The position numbers and the translations under genes are program-made. This document shows, one piece after another, positions 34,147-45,739 of a stretch of DNA of 64,000 bases. The stretch spans positions 6,926,761 to 6,990,760 of the forward strand of contig SMSO01000031.1 in the NCBI GenBank assembly GCA_004764695.1, given 5' to 3'. The stretch is from Schizochytrium sp. TIO01. Lineage: Eukaryota > Protista > Bigyra: Labyrinthulomycetes. Under the pieces are notes generated by a model. That model saw only the letters and a list, made by a program, of their open reading frames with translations, was not told where the DNA came from and searched no databases. How positions within the stretch are numbered: position 1 is the stretch's first letter; every line of letters begins with the position of its first letter.

Positions 34147-36764
34147 TCATGGAAAGGAGGTCTGCCTCCAGGCCATCATGAGGGCCCCATCTTGCGGTTT
34201 TATCGCCGCATTCCCAACTTCAAGCTCGAGCAGGCGGGTCACTCCGTAACGAACTGACCGCGTGGCTGCGTGGCCGACGCTCTGACGCAGGCTACTCTGT
34301 CGCTGCTGGTCGATCTTGCACGCACTACGGCGATACGTGCAGGCAGATTGAAGGCCATGCGATGTAGATTTGATTCTCGTTTCTCGATCTGTTCGGTAAT
34401 CAGATCCTTCGAGCTTGGTCAAAACAGGTTCCGCAAAAAGGCTCGCGTTGTTTTGCTTTGCTTTGCTTTGCTTTGCTTTGCTCTGCTTTGGTTTGCTCTG
34501 CTTTGCTCTGTTCTACTTTGCCTCCTTCTCGGGAGGAAGAAAATCTATTGTTTTACAAAAGAAACGAGATTACGCACATATTCATTCACTTATTTATGCA
34601 TGCATTCATTTCATTCGCAATACCTGAGAGATGTGTTTTATTTTTAATCGAGTTTTTGAACAATATCCTGTGTATGTCGGATTTGTAATTTCATGAGGTT
34701 CTTTTTAATTAAAACCTAAATAAACAAAATAAAAAGAAAGAAACGAGAACACCAGAAGATAGAGGAAAAGTTTCGCCGAGAGAACCCAACCCTCTTTGAA
34801 CCTAAAAATTAAAAATTTAAAAAGTGTTTTCAAAAATATAAATTTAAAACAAAACTTCCTCCCTGTGCGCAACCCATTTTGCAAATTCGCTTTTCGATCC
34901 ACTCCCCAGGAAGTAAGTACGTATATACTAACTACCTACCTACCTGAGGACTTACCTAAGGAGCTTGTTACTCCTCACCTACTCGCTGTATGGACGGCTT
35001 GCCCTAAAGGGTCCCTACCGCTAACTCTACCCCCTCCACAGCCAGTCCACTACCTAGCTGGCCTGCTAGTCCTAGCAGGTGGTTAGGTGGCCACTAGCGC
35101 TCTGGTTCTTCAGCCGTCTGAGATTGAGATTCTCTGTGTTCGAGTGTCCGTTCACTCGCGTCGTTATGGAGTCCCCTTTGCGCGCCTATGCATTCGCAGT
35201 AGTCTCGCCGTCCCATCCAAATGGGCCTGTTTGTTGGTTTATCTGCTGGTTCGTGGGTACACGTAGGCAAATGCGACGAATGGGATGCTCATTCTCGCGA
35301 GAGTCGGTTGGGAAAGAAAGCAGCACAGGCTTTCTTTGTTGTGGGTACGAATCTTGGATGTCGCTCGATGAGAGCGAGGACGCTCAAACGGCGCGAGAGA
35401 TTACTGATCCATTGATTGATTGATCGATTGATGATGAATTGGTTGATGGATTGATTACTGAATTGGTGGATTGATCGATCGTTGCACTAGTACTCTCTAA
35501 AAGAAAGAAACGAACACGCGCTTAAAAGGAATCGAGAGACCAAGATAGATCCTTGAACTTGCGATGCAGAAAGGGCCTCAAAAACATAATCATGCATTTC
35601 GGACGTCATCGTCGTATGTGTGAGTGACGTCTTCGCTTCCTTTAGGCGGCCGCCTCCGCAGCATAGGATTCGCGAGGAGCCTTCAGAGGCAAACCGAAGC
35701 GAAGACCTTTCGAGTCGAGAGGGACTCAAACATTGCAGATCGAGAGATCCATGAGAGGCCTGGTCAGCGGCCAGGCAGGCAGGCGCCACCGCGCAGTGGA
35801 GACACATGCGGTCAGGACCCCCCTCAGTCCTTGCGCCATAGCAAAGAGAGATCTGCAAAGTTGTTGAAAGAAACAGAAAGAAAGAAAGAAAGAAGGGAAG
35901 AACGCGAGACAAGGAATGGAACACAGCAGACACGAAAGAACAAGAAAAGAACAGGGACAGGAACCCGAACTCGAAGTCAAATGCCGCGAAAGACATACAT
36001 ACGTCCGCCGAAGCGGCCGCTGAGAGCTTCCGCCTCCAGCTCTTCGGGGCGGAGAGTGGCTCCGGAAGCAGTCTCTTCGAGCCCTCCCGCAGAGGCGCCG
36101 TACGCCGCGAGAGAGCCCAGCTTTGACAGTGGTGACACAATTCAGGTAAGCAAGTAAGCAAGTGAGTCCAAAAAATGCGACCGTTTGCGCCGTCTCCTTT
36201 CTATGTATGTATGTATGTATGTATGTGTATATATGGATCATGGAAAGAAAGAGCGATCTTCTGCGAAGAAGAACGCGAAGGCTGAGAACGCGATCAGAAC
36301 GGGGCCCGAAAACTCCGTGAAGAGCGTCTACGCGGCGCTGGAAAAGTCCGCGCTGCGCGTTCGGTTGGTGGCCAATGATGGCACGCAAACAAGCGAGCTA
36401 GCAAGCAAAACGCGACGCAGAAACGAGTGAGGTCATCCGTCGCAGCGGAAAGTGGACTTCGCTACGGTTCCGCAGAAAAGAGTGAGTTTGCGCCAGAAAT
36501 TTCGGCATTTGCGCTCGCCGCTTTCCCAATTTGAATCTTCAGTTACCCAATCATCAACGATTGATTGAATTTGATTGGCAAATCGATTGATTCGAGTCGG
36601 AGTCCGCGACCATCTTTTCAAGAAATAGAAAAAGAAGGAGGTACATGCTATGGAGATACGAGACAGAGAGAGAGAGAGAGTTTGAGTGGAAACGGTCTAA
36701 CGAATAGATGCGTTTTTTTGTCTTGCTTTCTCGGCGAATCGTCGTTGGTTGCAGAGAAGATGAA

Positions 36765-36925
36765 ATCAATCAATCAATCAAGTTAAAATCAAATGAATGA
36801 GTGAATGAAAGAATGAAAGAATGAATGAATGAATGAATGAATGAATGAATGAATGAATGAATCAATCAATCAATCAATCAATCAAATTAAAATCAAATGA
36901 ATGAATGAATCAATCAATCAATCAT
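36765..36925. repeat. Compound (CAAT)n/(GAAT)n microsatellite
   Basis: Direct inspection. Confidence 0.9.
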
Positions 36926-39344
36926 TCGTTCATTCCTTCGAACAGACGCGCATTGCAGACCGGTCGGGCGAAAAATTGCTTCTGCCGCCATCTTTTCTAG
37001 GGGTCCCCACAGTCGCTGGCCGCAAGGATAGATTTCGCATCTTCTCCCTCTTGGCTTCACTGCAGCCTTTCTCAGAGAAGACGCACGAGCCCCGTCCGAG
37101 GGCCTAGCTTGGGCAACCCGTCGAGGAAAACACAGCATGGGACGCACGTTAAACGTCTCCTCTCAGTTGCAAGCAAGTCGGTTTGGCAGTCGAGATGGCC
37201 AAGTTTCCCGCAGAGCCGTGACTAGCAACGCGAACTTGCCGCCAGTGTAGACCCCCCTTACACAAGGGGGGGTAATCGCGGTGGTGGGGAGTCTCCTCCC
37301 ATGCAACTCCAGGCACAGAGTTCTCCCCAGTGAAGAGCCATATGCTGTGGGGCCGCCACCTTCTTTGCCAATACAACTCTCCCTCCCGCAATGCCCGCAG
37401 CGCCCTGTAGTTTTCTCCCCCAACCAAGTAGATACTTTCATTTTCTCTAGCTAGTAGTTTCTATTATTCATTTTTTTGAAGTCTATCAAACAATTCATAC
37501 TGTGCATACATTCATACATACATACATATTTACATACATATATACGTACGTACATACATGAGAGAGAGAGAGAGAGAGAGACCGACGGAGGGTGAAACCA
37601 ATAATAATGGGTTGTGCTCAAGAATGGCCGTGGCAAGAGCACTGAGGAGCTTCAAGAGCACTGAGTTGGTTCAATCGCTCGAGTGGTTTGCTCTGCGCAC
37701 GACGAAGGAGAAGGACGCATGCTCTGACCTTGTTCGGCGGAGCTCGTGCTGCCGCCCACGCGTGCAAGAGCTGGAAACGCGAAGCTGCGTGCGATAAGTG
37801 CGCCACTCTGGCTCCAGAGGAACTCTCTGTTGCATGTATGTATATATGGATGCATATATTGATTATTTAATTAATTAATTAATTAATTAATTAATATAAT
37901 TTAACTACTTTAAAGCAATTATTTATTTAGTTTCCTTGCTAATATAATAAGTCAGTTTGTTTTCCCACGCAACCCACTTTCTCACTACGCACGCGAACCG
38001 TGAAGAGAAAGAAAACGAAGAGGGAACACCCCTACGCCGCGTATCGAACTCCTACCGCCGGGTCTTCTTTTTCTTTTTCTTTTTCTTGGAGAGCACTTTT
38101 CAATTTAAAGACGAACGAACAAACCGACGAACGAATATAGCGCTAAGCAACTACTATGTGCTTCCCTACCTACAAGTTTTTGAAATTCCATATAAGCCTG
38201 TTCTCCGTTCTAGCCACGGGCCTAGGTCTCGATAGCCGGGTCTTACCAGGTCGCCGCTGTTCTTCCGCCGCCGTTCTCTCCATCCCAGTCAAAGACGAAG
38301 GCGGAGAAAGCAGGGAGGCCAGTGGAACGAGAGAGAACACATAGAACACCGGCGCCCTAGATCGCAAATTTCTCTCAATTAATTAATTAATTAAATGTTG
38401 ATTAGTTGTTTCAGAGCTCTCTTAAAACCAAGTCATTCTGCTCGTGGACGATGCACCGCTGCGCTGGGATCGCCAGAGGGTGGAGAAGGCGGCGCAATTG
38501 CCGACTGCGGCGGCCTTTCGCAGAGAGAGCGCGGCTTCGGGGCACAAACGCAGCGCTTTCCCGTCCCTTTGAGGGATCGAGGGCGTGAGGGCGTTGTTCT
38601 CGTCCCGGAACGCGATGGCTCAAGCAAGTTGGCATCATCATCATCATCGCTGCCGATTTATTATCGCGATTCATCGCCATTTAACTGACCTCAGTTAATT
38701 TAATTTTGTAATCTCTTTTAGAAAACTCTGTTTTAGTTCATTTTACTTTCTCCTCGTTCTGTTGAATGGAGCGCAACGCAAAAGAGAGAGGAAGGCACGA
38801 GCCGCCCTCTTTCTGAGAGGAGGGCCCCGCGCCCTCTCGGGAAAACTTCCCTCTGAGGGAGCGCAGGTTGAACAACCCGGCGGCGACCTCGTGCTCGCTC
38901 GCTTATTTGCTTGAGTTGAGTTGTTTGTTTGGCTTAATGGCTGAAGTACGCAATTCCTGCCCGCCTGGACCTGGCAAGGAGCAGGTGTCCCAGCGGAGAC
39001 GAAGCAGCAGAGGCGAAAGGCCAACAAGCGCTCGAAGGAAACCGAACAGACTGACAGACTGACAGACAGAGGACTGACCCGGATTTCGTGATTAAAGGCT
39101 GTTTGCTTTCTTTTCTTTTGCTTTTCTTTTCTTTTGCTTTGCCTTTCTTCTTCAAGAAAGTAAAATAAAAGAAAATGTCATTTAATGAACGATTTGCGTT
39201 TAACTTTAGGAGAAGAAGAGGCTTGAGGTGAAAAGGTGGAGGCAGGCTGAGAGAGAAAGAAAGGGGGAAAGAGAGAAAGAAAGAACTTGAGAAAGAAAGG
39301 GCAGAAAGCAGACGCGGTTGGTCCACGCTGAGGTCGGAGGCTCC

Positions 39345-39465
39345 CTGCTTATCTGCTTATCTGCTTGTCTGCTTGTCTGCTTATCTTCTATATTCTGATC
39401 TTCTGATCTTCTGATCTTCTGATCTTCTGATCTTCTGATCTTCTGATCTGCTTATCTGCTTATCT
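39345..39465. repeat. Compound 8-mer tandem repeat (CTGCTTRT)n-(TTCTGATC)7-(CTGCTTAT)2
   Basis: Direct inspection. Confidence 0.9.
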
Positions 39466-40865
39466 AAGTTGTCTGCTTCTGTGCTAATTTGGGATCTCTC
39501 GCGAGAATGAGAAAGAGAAAGAGAATGAGAAAGAGAAGAAGGATTGGCCGCCTGAAGGGCCGGAGAGAGGCAGAGGACGGACGAAGAAGCGTCCAGGAGA
39601 TGGAGAAGCGTGCTTGCCTAGAGCTGCGGATAAATCGCCGTCACGGCGGCCTCCGACTTGCTTCCTCTTCTCTCCAGGGTTTGTCTTGTTCTTCCTCTGC
39701 GGCCTGGAGACGGAAATGAATTATGGGTTGCGGCAGATCACTCTCTCTCTCTCTTACTCCCTCTCTCTCTCTCTCTTACTCTCTGTTTTACTCTTTTACT
39801 CTCTCTGTTCCTGATCGAAGAAGGCCTTCTTGGCGGCTTCTGCTCTCTTCTGGCCTTCCCTTCGTAAAGGTGTGGCGAAGACTTGCGAAAGCGAAATCGA
39901 TGAAGGGCGGGAAAAAAGAAAGAAAGAAAGAAAAAGAGAAAGAAAGAAAAAGAGAAAGAAAAGCTGAGGATAGTGTCTCAGAAGAATGGGTTGCGCGATC
40001 GACGCTTCGTTGAGCGATGAGGCGACGATCGGCCAAGAGGCACGAACGAAGATCTTGTGAAGAGCACTGACTGCTTTCTCGATGAGTTTGGGAAAAGAAG
40101 AAGAAGAAGAAGAAGAAGAAGAAGAAGAGGCGAATAAGTGAAAGAACGAATGAGTCAATGAATGAGTCAATGAATGAATGATGGAATTCTATAAGTTTTG
40201 AAAGAGGCGGCGTCGTCAAAGCGAGGCGGCAGAGGATCGGGGGGTTAGAGCGCGGCTACACGAAACGATAGGGGTGTGAGAAAGTGAAAGCTGCGCTGAG
40301 TCTTCTCTCGCCACTTGGAGGTCTGACCGAACACCGTTTTTATTTTTTATTTTATTTATAGTTAACTTGAAAAAGTTTTCATGTTTTGTTTGTTTTAAGT
40401 TTATAATCTATCTGTAAAAACTATGACTGTTTTCTGGTAGCGAGTAGAGCGAGTGGGAAGCTGTATGAAAAGCCCCGGCAGGAACCCCTCACATGAGGAG
40501 AAGCCAGTGGGGCTGTGAGGAGGAGCCCCGCAGTGTGAGGGGCAGGGCATGAGAGGGGGAGTTTGTTTTTTTTCGAATTAGGGAGGCTCTTTCTTCCACC
40601 TTTCTGTCTGGCTGGCTGGCCGACTACTGCCTTATTGAGGGGATGTGAGGGGGGAAAAGAAGCGAAAGGATGTTTATGTAATTTAAAGAAGAAAAAAAAG
40701 AAAAGAAAAGAAAAAGGGAAGAATTAAGTGTTAAAAGCTAGTCTGGTTTCGCCGAGCTCGGGCGATAGACTTTCGCATATCTGGTGAGCTAGGGAGGAAG
40801 GAGAGGAAAGAAAAGAAGAGGGCTCTTCTTTTTAAAAGTAGCTTTTAGCTCTGTGGTGGTAGTTT

Positions 40866-40900
<35 letters not shown>

Positions 40901-40930
40901 TTCTCTTTCTCTTTCTCTTTCTCTTTCTCT
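40866..40930. repeat. (TCTCTT)n microsatellite
   Basis: Direct inspection. Confidence 0.9.
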
Positions 40931-41602
40931 CTGACTGCTTTGATTGATTGGAATGGTTAGGTTCAAGAGCACCGGCAAACCAGCTCGCGCAGAGAATAAG
41001 AAAACAGCTCGAGCAAAGCCGCAACTCAGAGCTGACCGCGCCGCAACCAGCCAAAAGCTGAAGAAAGCCGCGAGCACCATTGCAGCAAAGCTAGACAGAG
41101 CCTGGCAGCAGACAGCGTCTGTTAGACCCGGTTTGGTCTAAAGACTTGCTTGAGCACAGACGTTGGCCACCGGTGGTGTGTCGATTGAGTGCGACTTAAC
41201 TTGAAGAAGAACAAGTGGAGGAAAGGAAATCAATCGTCACGAAGCGCGACGATCTTGAGAGAGAGGGAGAGAGAGGATAGAGAAAGGAAGAGCGTCAGCA
41301 GCAGCAACAGCAGCAGCGCCAGCAGTTGAAAGTGCTTGTTGGAGTTCTGAAAAGAAAAAGAAGAAGCACTTGCACAAATCTCGCTTCCTTGATAATACGC
41401 ATACTACACGTATAAATTTGGAGAACTTGCTTGAGGTTGAATAAGAAACAGACGCCTGATTCTTGAGGAGATCCGCGATCTCAACGAACTAAGGAGCACC
41501 TTCTCGTCGTATTCTTTACTTGGGAAAAAGGTCTCGTCTCTGCAGAGGCGAGCGAGCAAACCTACTTCGGTGCGTCGAGCGCAACGAGGAGAACACAGGA
41601 AA

Positions 41603-42025
41603 ATGCTTTCTATGCACATGAGGTCATGCGTTAGGCGCTCTAACTGCACCGCTGCCATTCGCGCACGGGGCTTGATGGGAAAGAGCTCCATCGCGCGCAA
41701 CGGTGGCGCCGCTTTTGCAAGCACCCTTTCGCCGGTATCGCACTTTGCGCTTGCCTCGCAGTATGCTGCCATGCCCGATATGGCCTCCAAGACTTTTTCA
41801 CGTAACTTGCAGCAGGCTGCAGTGCCTGATCCTGTCGCCGTACAGGATAAATTCTCGTCCCCATCTACCGCGGACATTGAGTTTAAAACTGAGGAGCCCT
41901 TTGTGGTTCTCGACCGACGTGGAGAGTTCTACTACGAACCTTTCCCCTGTGTCGAGTCACGTCACCCCACCTCCGCTGACGGCCGCGCCAACGGCGACGA
42001 GATCGAGGACTTGCTCTACTTGTAA
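41603..42025 (+). CDS. Hypothetical 140-aa protein with mitochondrial-presequence-like N-terminus
   Basis: AAAATG start. The first ~55 aa are Arg/Ser/Ala-rich with no acidic residues (MLSMHMRSCVRRSNCTAAIRARG). C-terminal half is acidic/aromatic with C-ending codon bias. Preceded by ~650 ATG-free nt and followed by a T-rich 3' region. Confidence 0.7.
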   Translation: MLSMHMRSCVRRSNCTAAIRARGLMGKSSIARNGGAAFASTLSPVSHFALASQYAAMPDMASKTFSRNLQQAAVPDPVAVQDKFSSPSTADIEFKTEEPFVVLDRRGEFYYEPFPCVESRHPTSADGRANGDEIEDLLYL

Positions 42026-43446
42026 ACAATCTATCGAGATGTTCGAGACGCATTGCCAGCGCCGCATCGCATATCACACCGAGCTTGATCACGATCAACA
42101 TACAAACAAACAAACCTACGAACCCTCTACACTTAACTTGTCTTGACACCACCGAGCTATAACAACTCTCATGTATTTTTATGGCTGGATTGATTTTGTC
42201 TCAATTTTCTTTTCTCGCAACACTCTTTCTTTGAACTCGTGGTTGTAGTAGCAAGTAGTAGTCGTCTTGTTCTGTCTTGGGACCTGAAAGATAAAGAACG
42301 ACCTGCCGGTCAACACTCTCAAAACTAAGGTGAACAAGACTACCCAAGCCTTTCCATAACAAGTCTCATGTATCTTTTTGTCTTCTCCTTCTTTCTACTA
42401 CTCTTGGTTGAATATTATCTCTTCGTTATGCATTTGAAGATCAAAATCTTAATATAGTGTATACCTACTGTTGTGCTGTTTTTCCTGCAAACTGTCTCGA
42501 GATGCTTTTATTTGAGTTGATAATCCCACACAATACGGTGCATAAAAAGAGTGGAAAATTAGCCCATGGTACAAATGAATCACACAGCCATTCCGCAGTA
42601 TCTATTGTGCACGATTTTATTATCTATGAGCATTGCTTTGCAGCACAATTTTTTTTTTGCTTTTTTTGATAATGAGGTTTTGAAACAAAATTTATGGTAG
42701 ATTTGTACTCAAATCTTCTCTTTCTGCGCACAATTTATTTGCTCATGAATGGAGATAGCTTCCTTGTGGTGAAATTTCGCAGTTTCGAAGATGCAGACAG
42801 AAATCTGGACAAACGGGAAGCTGTCGCACAATAGATGGTGCTGGAATTATACAAAGGGTAGTGAAGTTGCAGTCTCTAAGCGAGCATTGGGCTTTTACAA
42901 CAAGGTGCACAAACCTGAGCTAGTTTGTCGTGAACTCCAATCTCCTTGACTTGGTAGGGGAGAAGGCGTGGAGAGGAGCTTACGAAAGTGTGCATGCCAA
43001 TTGACTCTATAAATTACAATGGTTTTTGAGTTTGTGACACTTGATTGCACAGGCGCAATGCATTTGTGTTTAGTATAGCTTGTTGATATTGCAAAGGCTA
43101 CATCAAAACTAAAATGTTATTTGTATTTCCTTTCTCTTGCTTTTTTATTTTAAATAAGAAAACTATTCAACTGCCAACATGTACCACAGAATCACTCTTT
43201 GTGGTCGCCTTTGTTACTTATATACGCAGCTCTGGCACCTCCTTGGGCTAAAGGTTGCTGTTTTTTTTTTTTTTTTTAAGTTTTAAGAGAGTAGTCATTG
43301 GTAATACCTCTCTACCTACGTACACCACCATTATTATTATTCTCAAGATCCACACTAACGAAGTTCGCTCTTGTAAAGTAAAAACTCATATCCGTCATCG
43401 CCTCGATTCACGTCATTTTCGTCAGCATCTTATCGCCTTACCCAAA

Positions 43447-43941
43447 ATGGTTCTTGCAGGCAAGGGTTCACTTCAATCTTCTTACGCTCAGGCACCGAGT
43501 GCTCCTTCTCTTGAAGATTCGGAGAGTGATGCGACACTTGGCGGTGCATCTCAAGCTCAAGCCCCACCAAGCGGAGTGCCTATCGAGCGCTTCGTGGTGA
43601 GCGACCCTGAAGACAGTGAAAAACGTGCTGCCGTGATGCTTTGGAGGCTCCGCGGTAGTTTCTTTGCCTGGGCTGGGCCAGCTGGAGCACCCCCGGTTAT
43701 GCCGCACCTGGTTGCTGGACTTGTCAGTCGCTTTGAAGGATCAACACCATTCGCTTCGACAGTCTGTGAACTCGGCGGAGTGCCTGGACAAGCTGCACAT
43801 GGAATGGCGCAAAGACTTGCAAAGAGATTGGACGATGGAAGTGGAAGTGTTGTTCACGTATCATGTGCAATTGGCGAGGGGGAGACCTCCCTTAGAGCGG
43901 CCGTTGAAACCGAGCTTGCGAGAAGAATGACGCAAAAGTAG
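43447..43941 (+). CDS. PSMG4: Proteasome assembly chaperone 4 (PAC4)
   Basis: RLRGSFFAWAG..MPHLVAGLVSRF..P.AST...GMAQRLAKR...VHVSC matches the PAC4 signature (RL.DS.F.WVG, L..A..SR, LAQRLA.K, V.VS). ATG at 43447 in CAAAATGG context. Confidence 0.85.
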   Translation: MVLAGKGSLQSSYAQAPSAPSLEDSESDATLGGASQAQAPPSGVPIERFVVSDPEDSEKRAAVMLWRLRGSFFAWAGPAGAPPVMPHLVAGLVSRFEGSTPFASTVCELGGVPGQAAHGMAQRLAKRLDDGSGSVVHVSCAIGEGETSLRAAVETELARRMTQK

Positions 43942-44590
43942 AGACACTCACTTCTCTGTTGGCTTTCATTTGGTCTGCAGGATCCACAGATATTTAGAAA
44001 AGAGGATTGCGCTTGACCTCATGTCACTCTTGGTTGCACACGGGATAAACGTTTCTATTTACTTACATACCAGATGCAAGGTTTAGAATAGTTGAAGTAG
44101 ACTTGCAATTATGTGGCAGATGATGGCTCATTTACAAAGAAATATATTGTGCAAGTCTTTCAATGGATTCCAAGTACAAAATTATATCATTCATGCGTAT
44201 TCCATCATCAGAAAAAAAAAAAAACTCTCTGAGGGGACGAACACCAGAGCGTATGGTATACTTGTATTAAAAGACAAAACTCCAGAAATTATGTAGGCTT
44301 CATCAGTACAATTACTAATAATAGGTGTGCTAGACTGTTGCAATGGTATAGATGAAAAAAACTAGGTTGCGTACCCAATCAGAGTATGGAAACACGACTT
44401 TCCTGAACAAACTCAGAGTTGCGATTCATGGCAGGTGCCTAGGAGTTTACTTACTGCACATCTCACAGCTTACCTTAACTCTTTAGAAAGAAAAACCGAA
44501 TTTTAAAAAGTTGAAAAGATAGAAAATATATCAACAAATGACCATGCATGCTAAACTAAGGGGTGTCCATATTCAGTGTAATCATCTCGT

Positions 44591-45604
44591 CTATTCTGGC
44601 AGGCGCAGTGCAGGCTGAGCAGTGACGACAGCATCCGTCAGATTGAGCGAGCCTCCCAACAAGTCCATTTCAGGCAGAGACTCGACTGTTTCTGCATAAA
44701 TATCGGGCATTTCATGCTCTATCCGTGTAGCCAAAGCTTCTGCTTCAAACCAAAAGTGCATACCAAGAGCAGAGTCACGTGCCTCTTTAAGCACAAATTC
44801 GCAGTGCTGTTGGTGCTGCACCTGCGCCTCTGAAGAGACATAAAAGTCCGAGCTCTGGTGAGCCGACACAGGTAAACCGGAACGCCGCAATTTGTCTGCT
44901 TTCTCGAGTTTTGATTTCGTATGGTCAATGCTTGTCCAAATCCTGTTCAGTTTTTCAGCCTTGACAGAAAATCGAGCCATTCTCACAATGGCAGAGAGTC
45001 GCGAGGCAAGCACTGCAAGACGTGCATACTGCCGAACACCCTCTTTATCCCTTTTGCTAAGGGCCTTGCGACACTTCGAAGAGCATCGGCCTGCAGTGAA
45101 CTCTAAAAGCTCCGCAGTTGTACAAAGTAAAAACACCTGATCCTCGACGGGTTTGCTGAGAATGTACAAGTGGCAGAGCTCCATGAACTTCAGACACGAG
45201 CCAAGATACACCTCATATTTGTCAGGCTCCTCTCTGACATCTGCCTCATGCTTAAGGCGGCGCGCGGCGCGACGGAGAGACTCTTCATCAGGCGAAGGTT
45301 TTCTCCTTTTATCGGTTACGTGGCGGCGTCCAACATCCGAATTAGAGCTGCTCGAGCGAAGGCGTTTGCCACCCGCATGGGCTGCCGGGCTCATATGAGC
45401 GCTGCTGTGACCATTTACTTCAGTGGTGATTGATGTGTTCGACTTCTTAGTCATATCGGATTCACTATTCTTTATGTCGGGATGATCTTTTAAGTTTTTA
45501 TGACTATCGCCCGTCCCTGCCACTTCGTAACCAGCCAACTCAAGGAGCATGTTTTCAAGCGCCCTGGATAGCTGGAACTTCGACGTTGCTTTCTTGGAGC
45601 CCAT
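44591..45604 (-). CDS. Protein with AF4/FMR2 (AFF) C-terminal homology domain-like TPR fold
   Basis: AARRLKHEAD..Y..YLGSCLKFMEL..TTAELLEFT..RLAVLASRLSAIVRMARFSVKAE parallels AFF CHD (AKKLKH.AD..YL.A..SF.E..ET..LI.YT..L.VLC.R...L..RLF.LK.E). Basic NLS-like segment upstream. First ATG at 45604. Confidence 0.75.
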   Translation of the reverse strand: MGSKKATSKFQLSRALENMLLELAGYEVAGTGDSHKNLKDHPDIKNSESDMTKKSNTSITTEVNGHSSAHMSPAAHAGGKRLRSSSSNSDVGRRHVTDKRRKPSPDEESLRRAARRLKHEADVREEPDKYEVYLGSCLKFMELCHLYILSKPVEDQVFLLCTTAELLEFTAGRCSSKCRKALSKRDKEGVRQYARLAVLASRLSAIVRMARFSVKAEKLNRIWTSIDHTKSKLEKADKLRRSGLPVSAHQSSDFYVSSEAQVQHQQHCEFVLKEARDSALGMHFWFEAEALATRIEHEMPDIYAETVESLPEMDLLGGSLNLTDAVVTAQPALRLPE

Positions 45605-45704
45605 CTTGCCCGAACGGGGAGAAACCAAATCAACCAGGGGCGATCCGCCAATTCCTAAATATCGCCTGCTTTCCCGAAAGATATTATTTGCTAAAAGACA
45701 CACG

Positions 45705-45739
<35 letters not shown>

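Noticed and set aside
35062-35098. Helitron 3' end (hairpin + CTAG)
   Set aside because: CTAG is followed by C rather than T, and no Rep/helicase remnant or identifiable 5' end was seen.
35487-36430. Overlapping 177-224-aa ORFs on both strands
   Set aside because: Non-ATG starts, low-complexity composition, microsatellites inside, no motifs.
43255-43446. N-terminal extensions given by the ORF track (also 45605-45775, 23188-23232, 41570-41602, 51465-51614)
   Set aside because: They rely on TTG/GTG starts, some through poly-T or microsatellite sequence. The first ATG was used instead.
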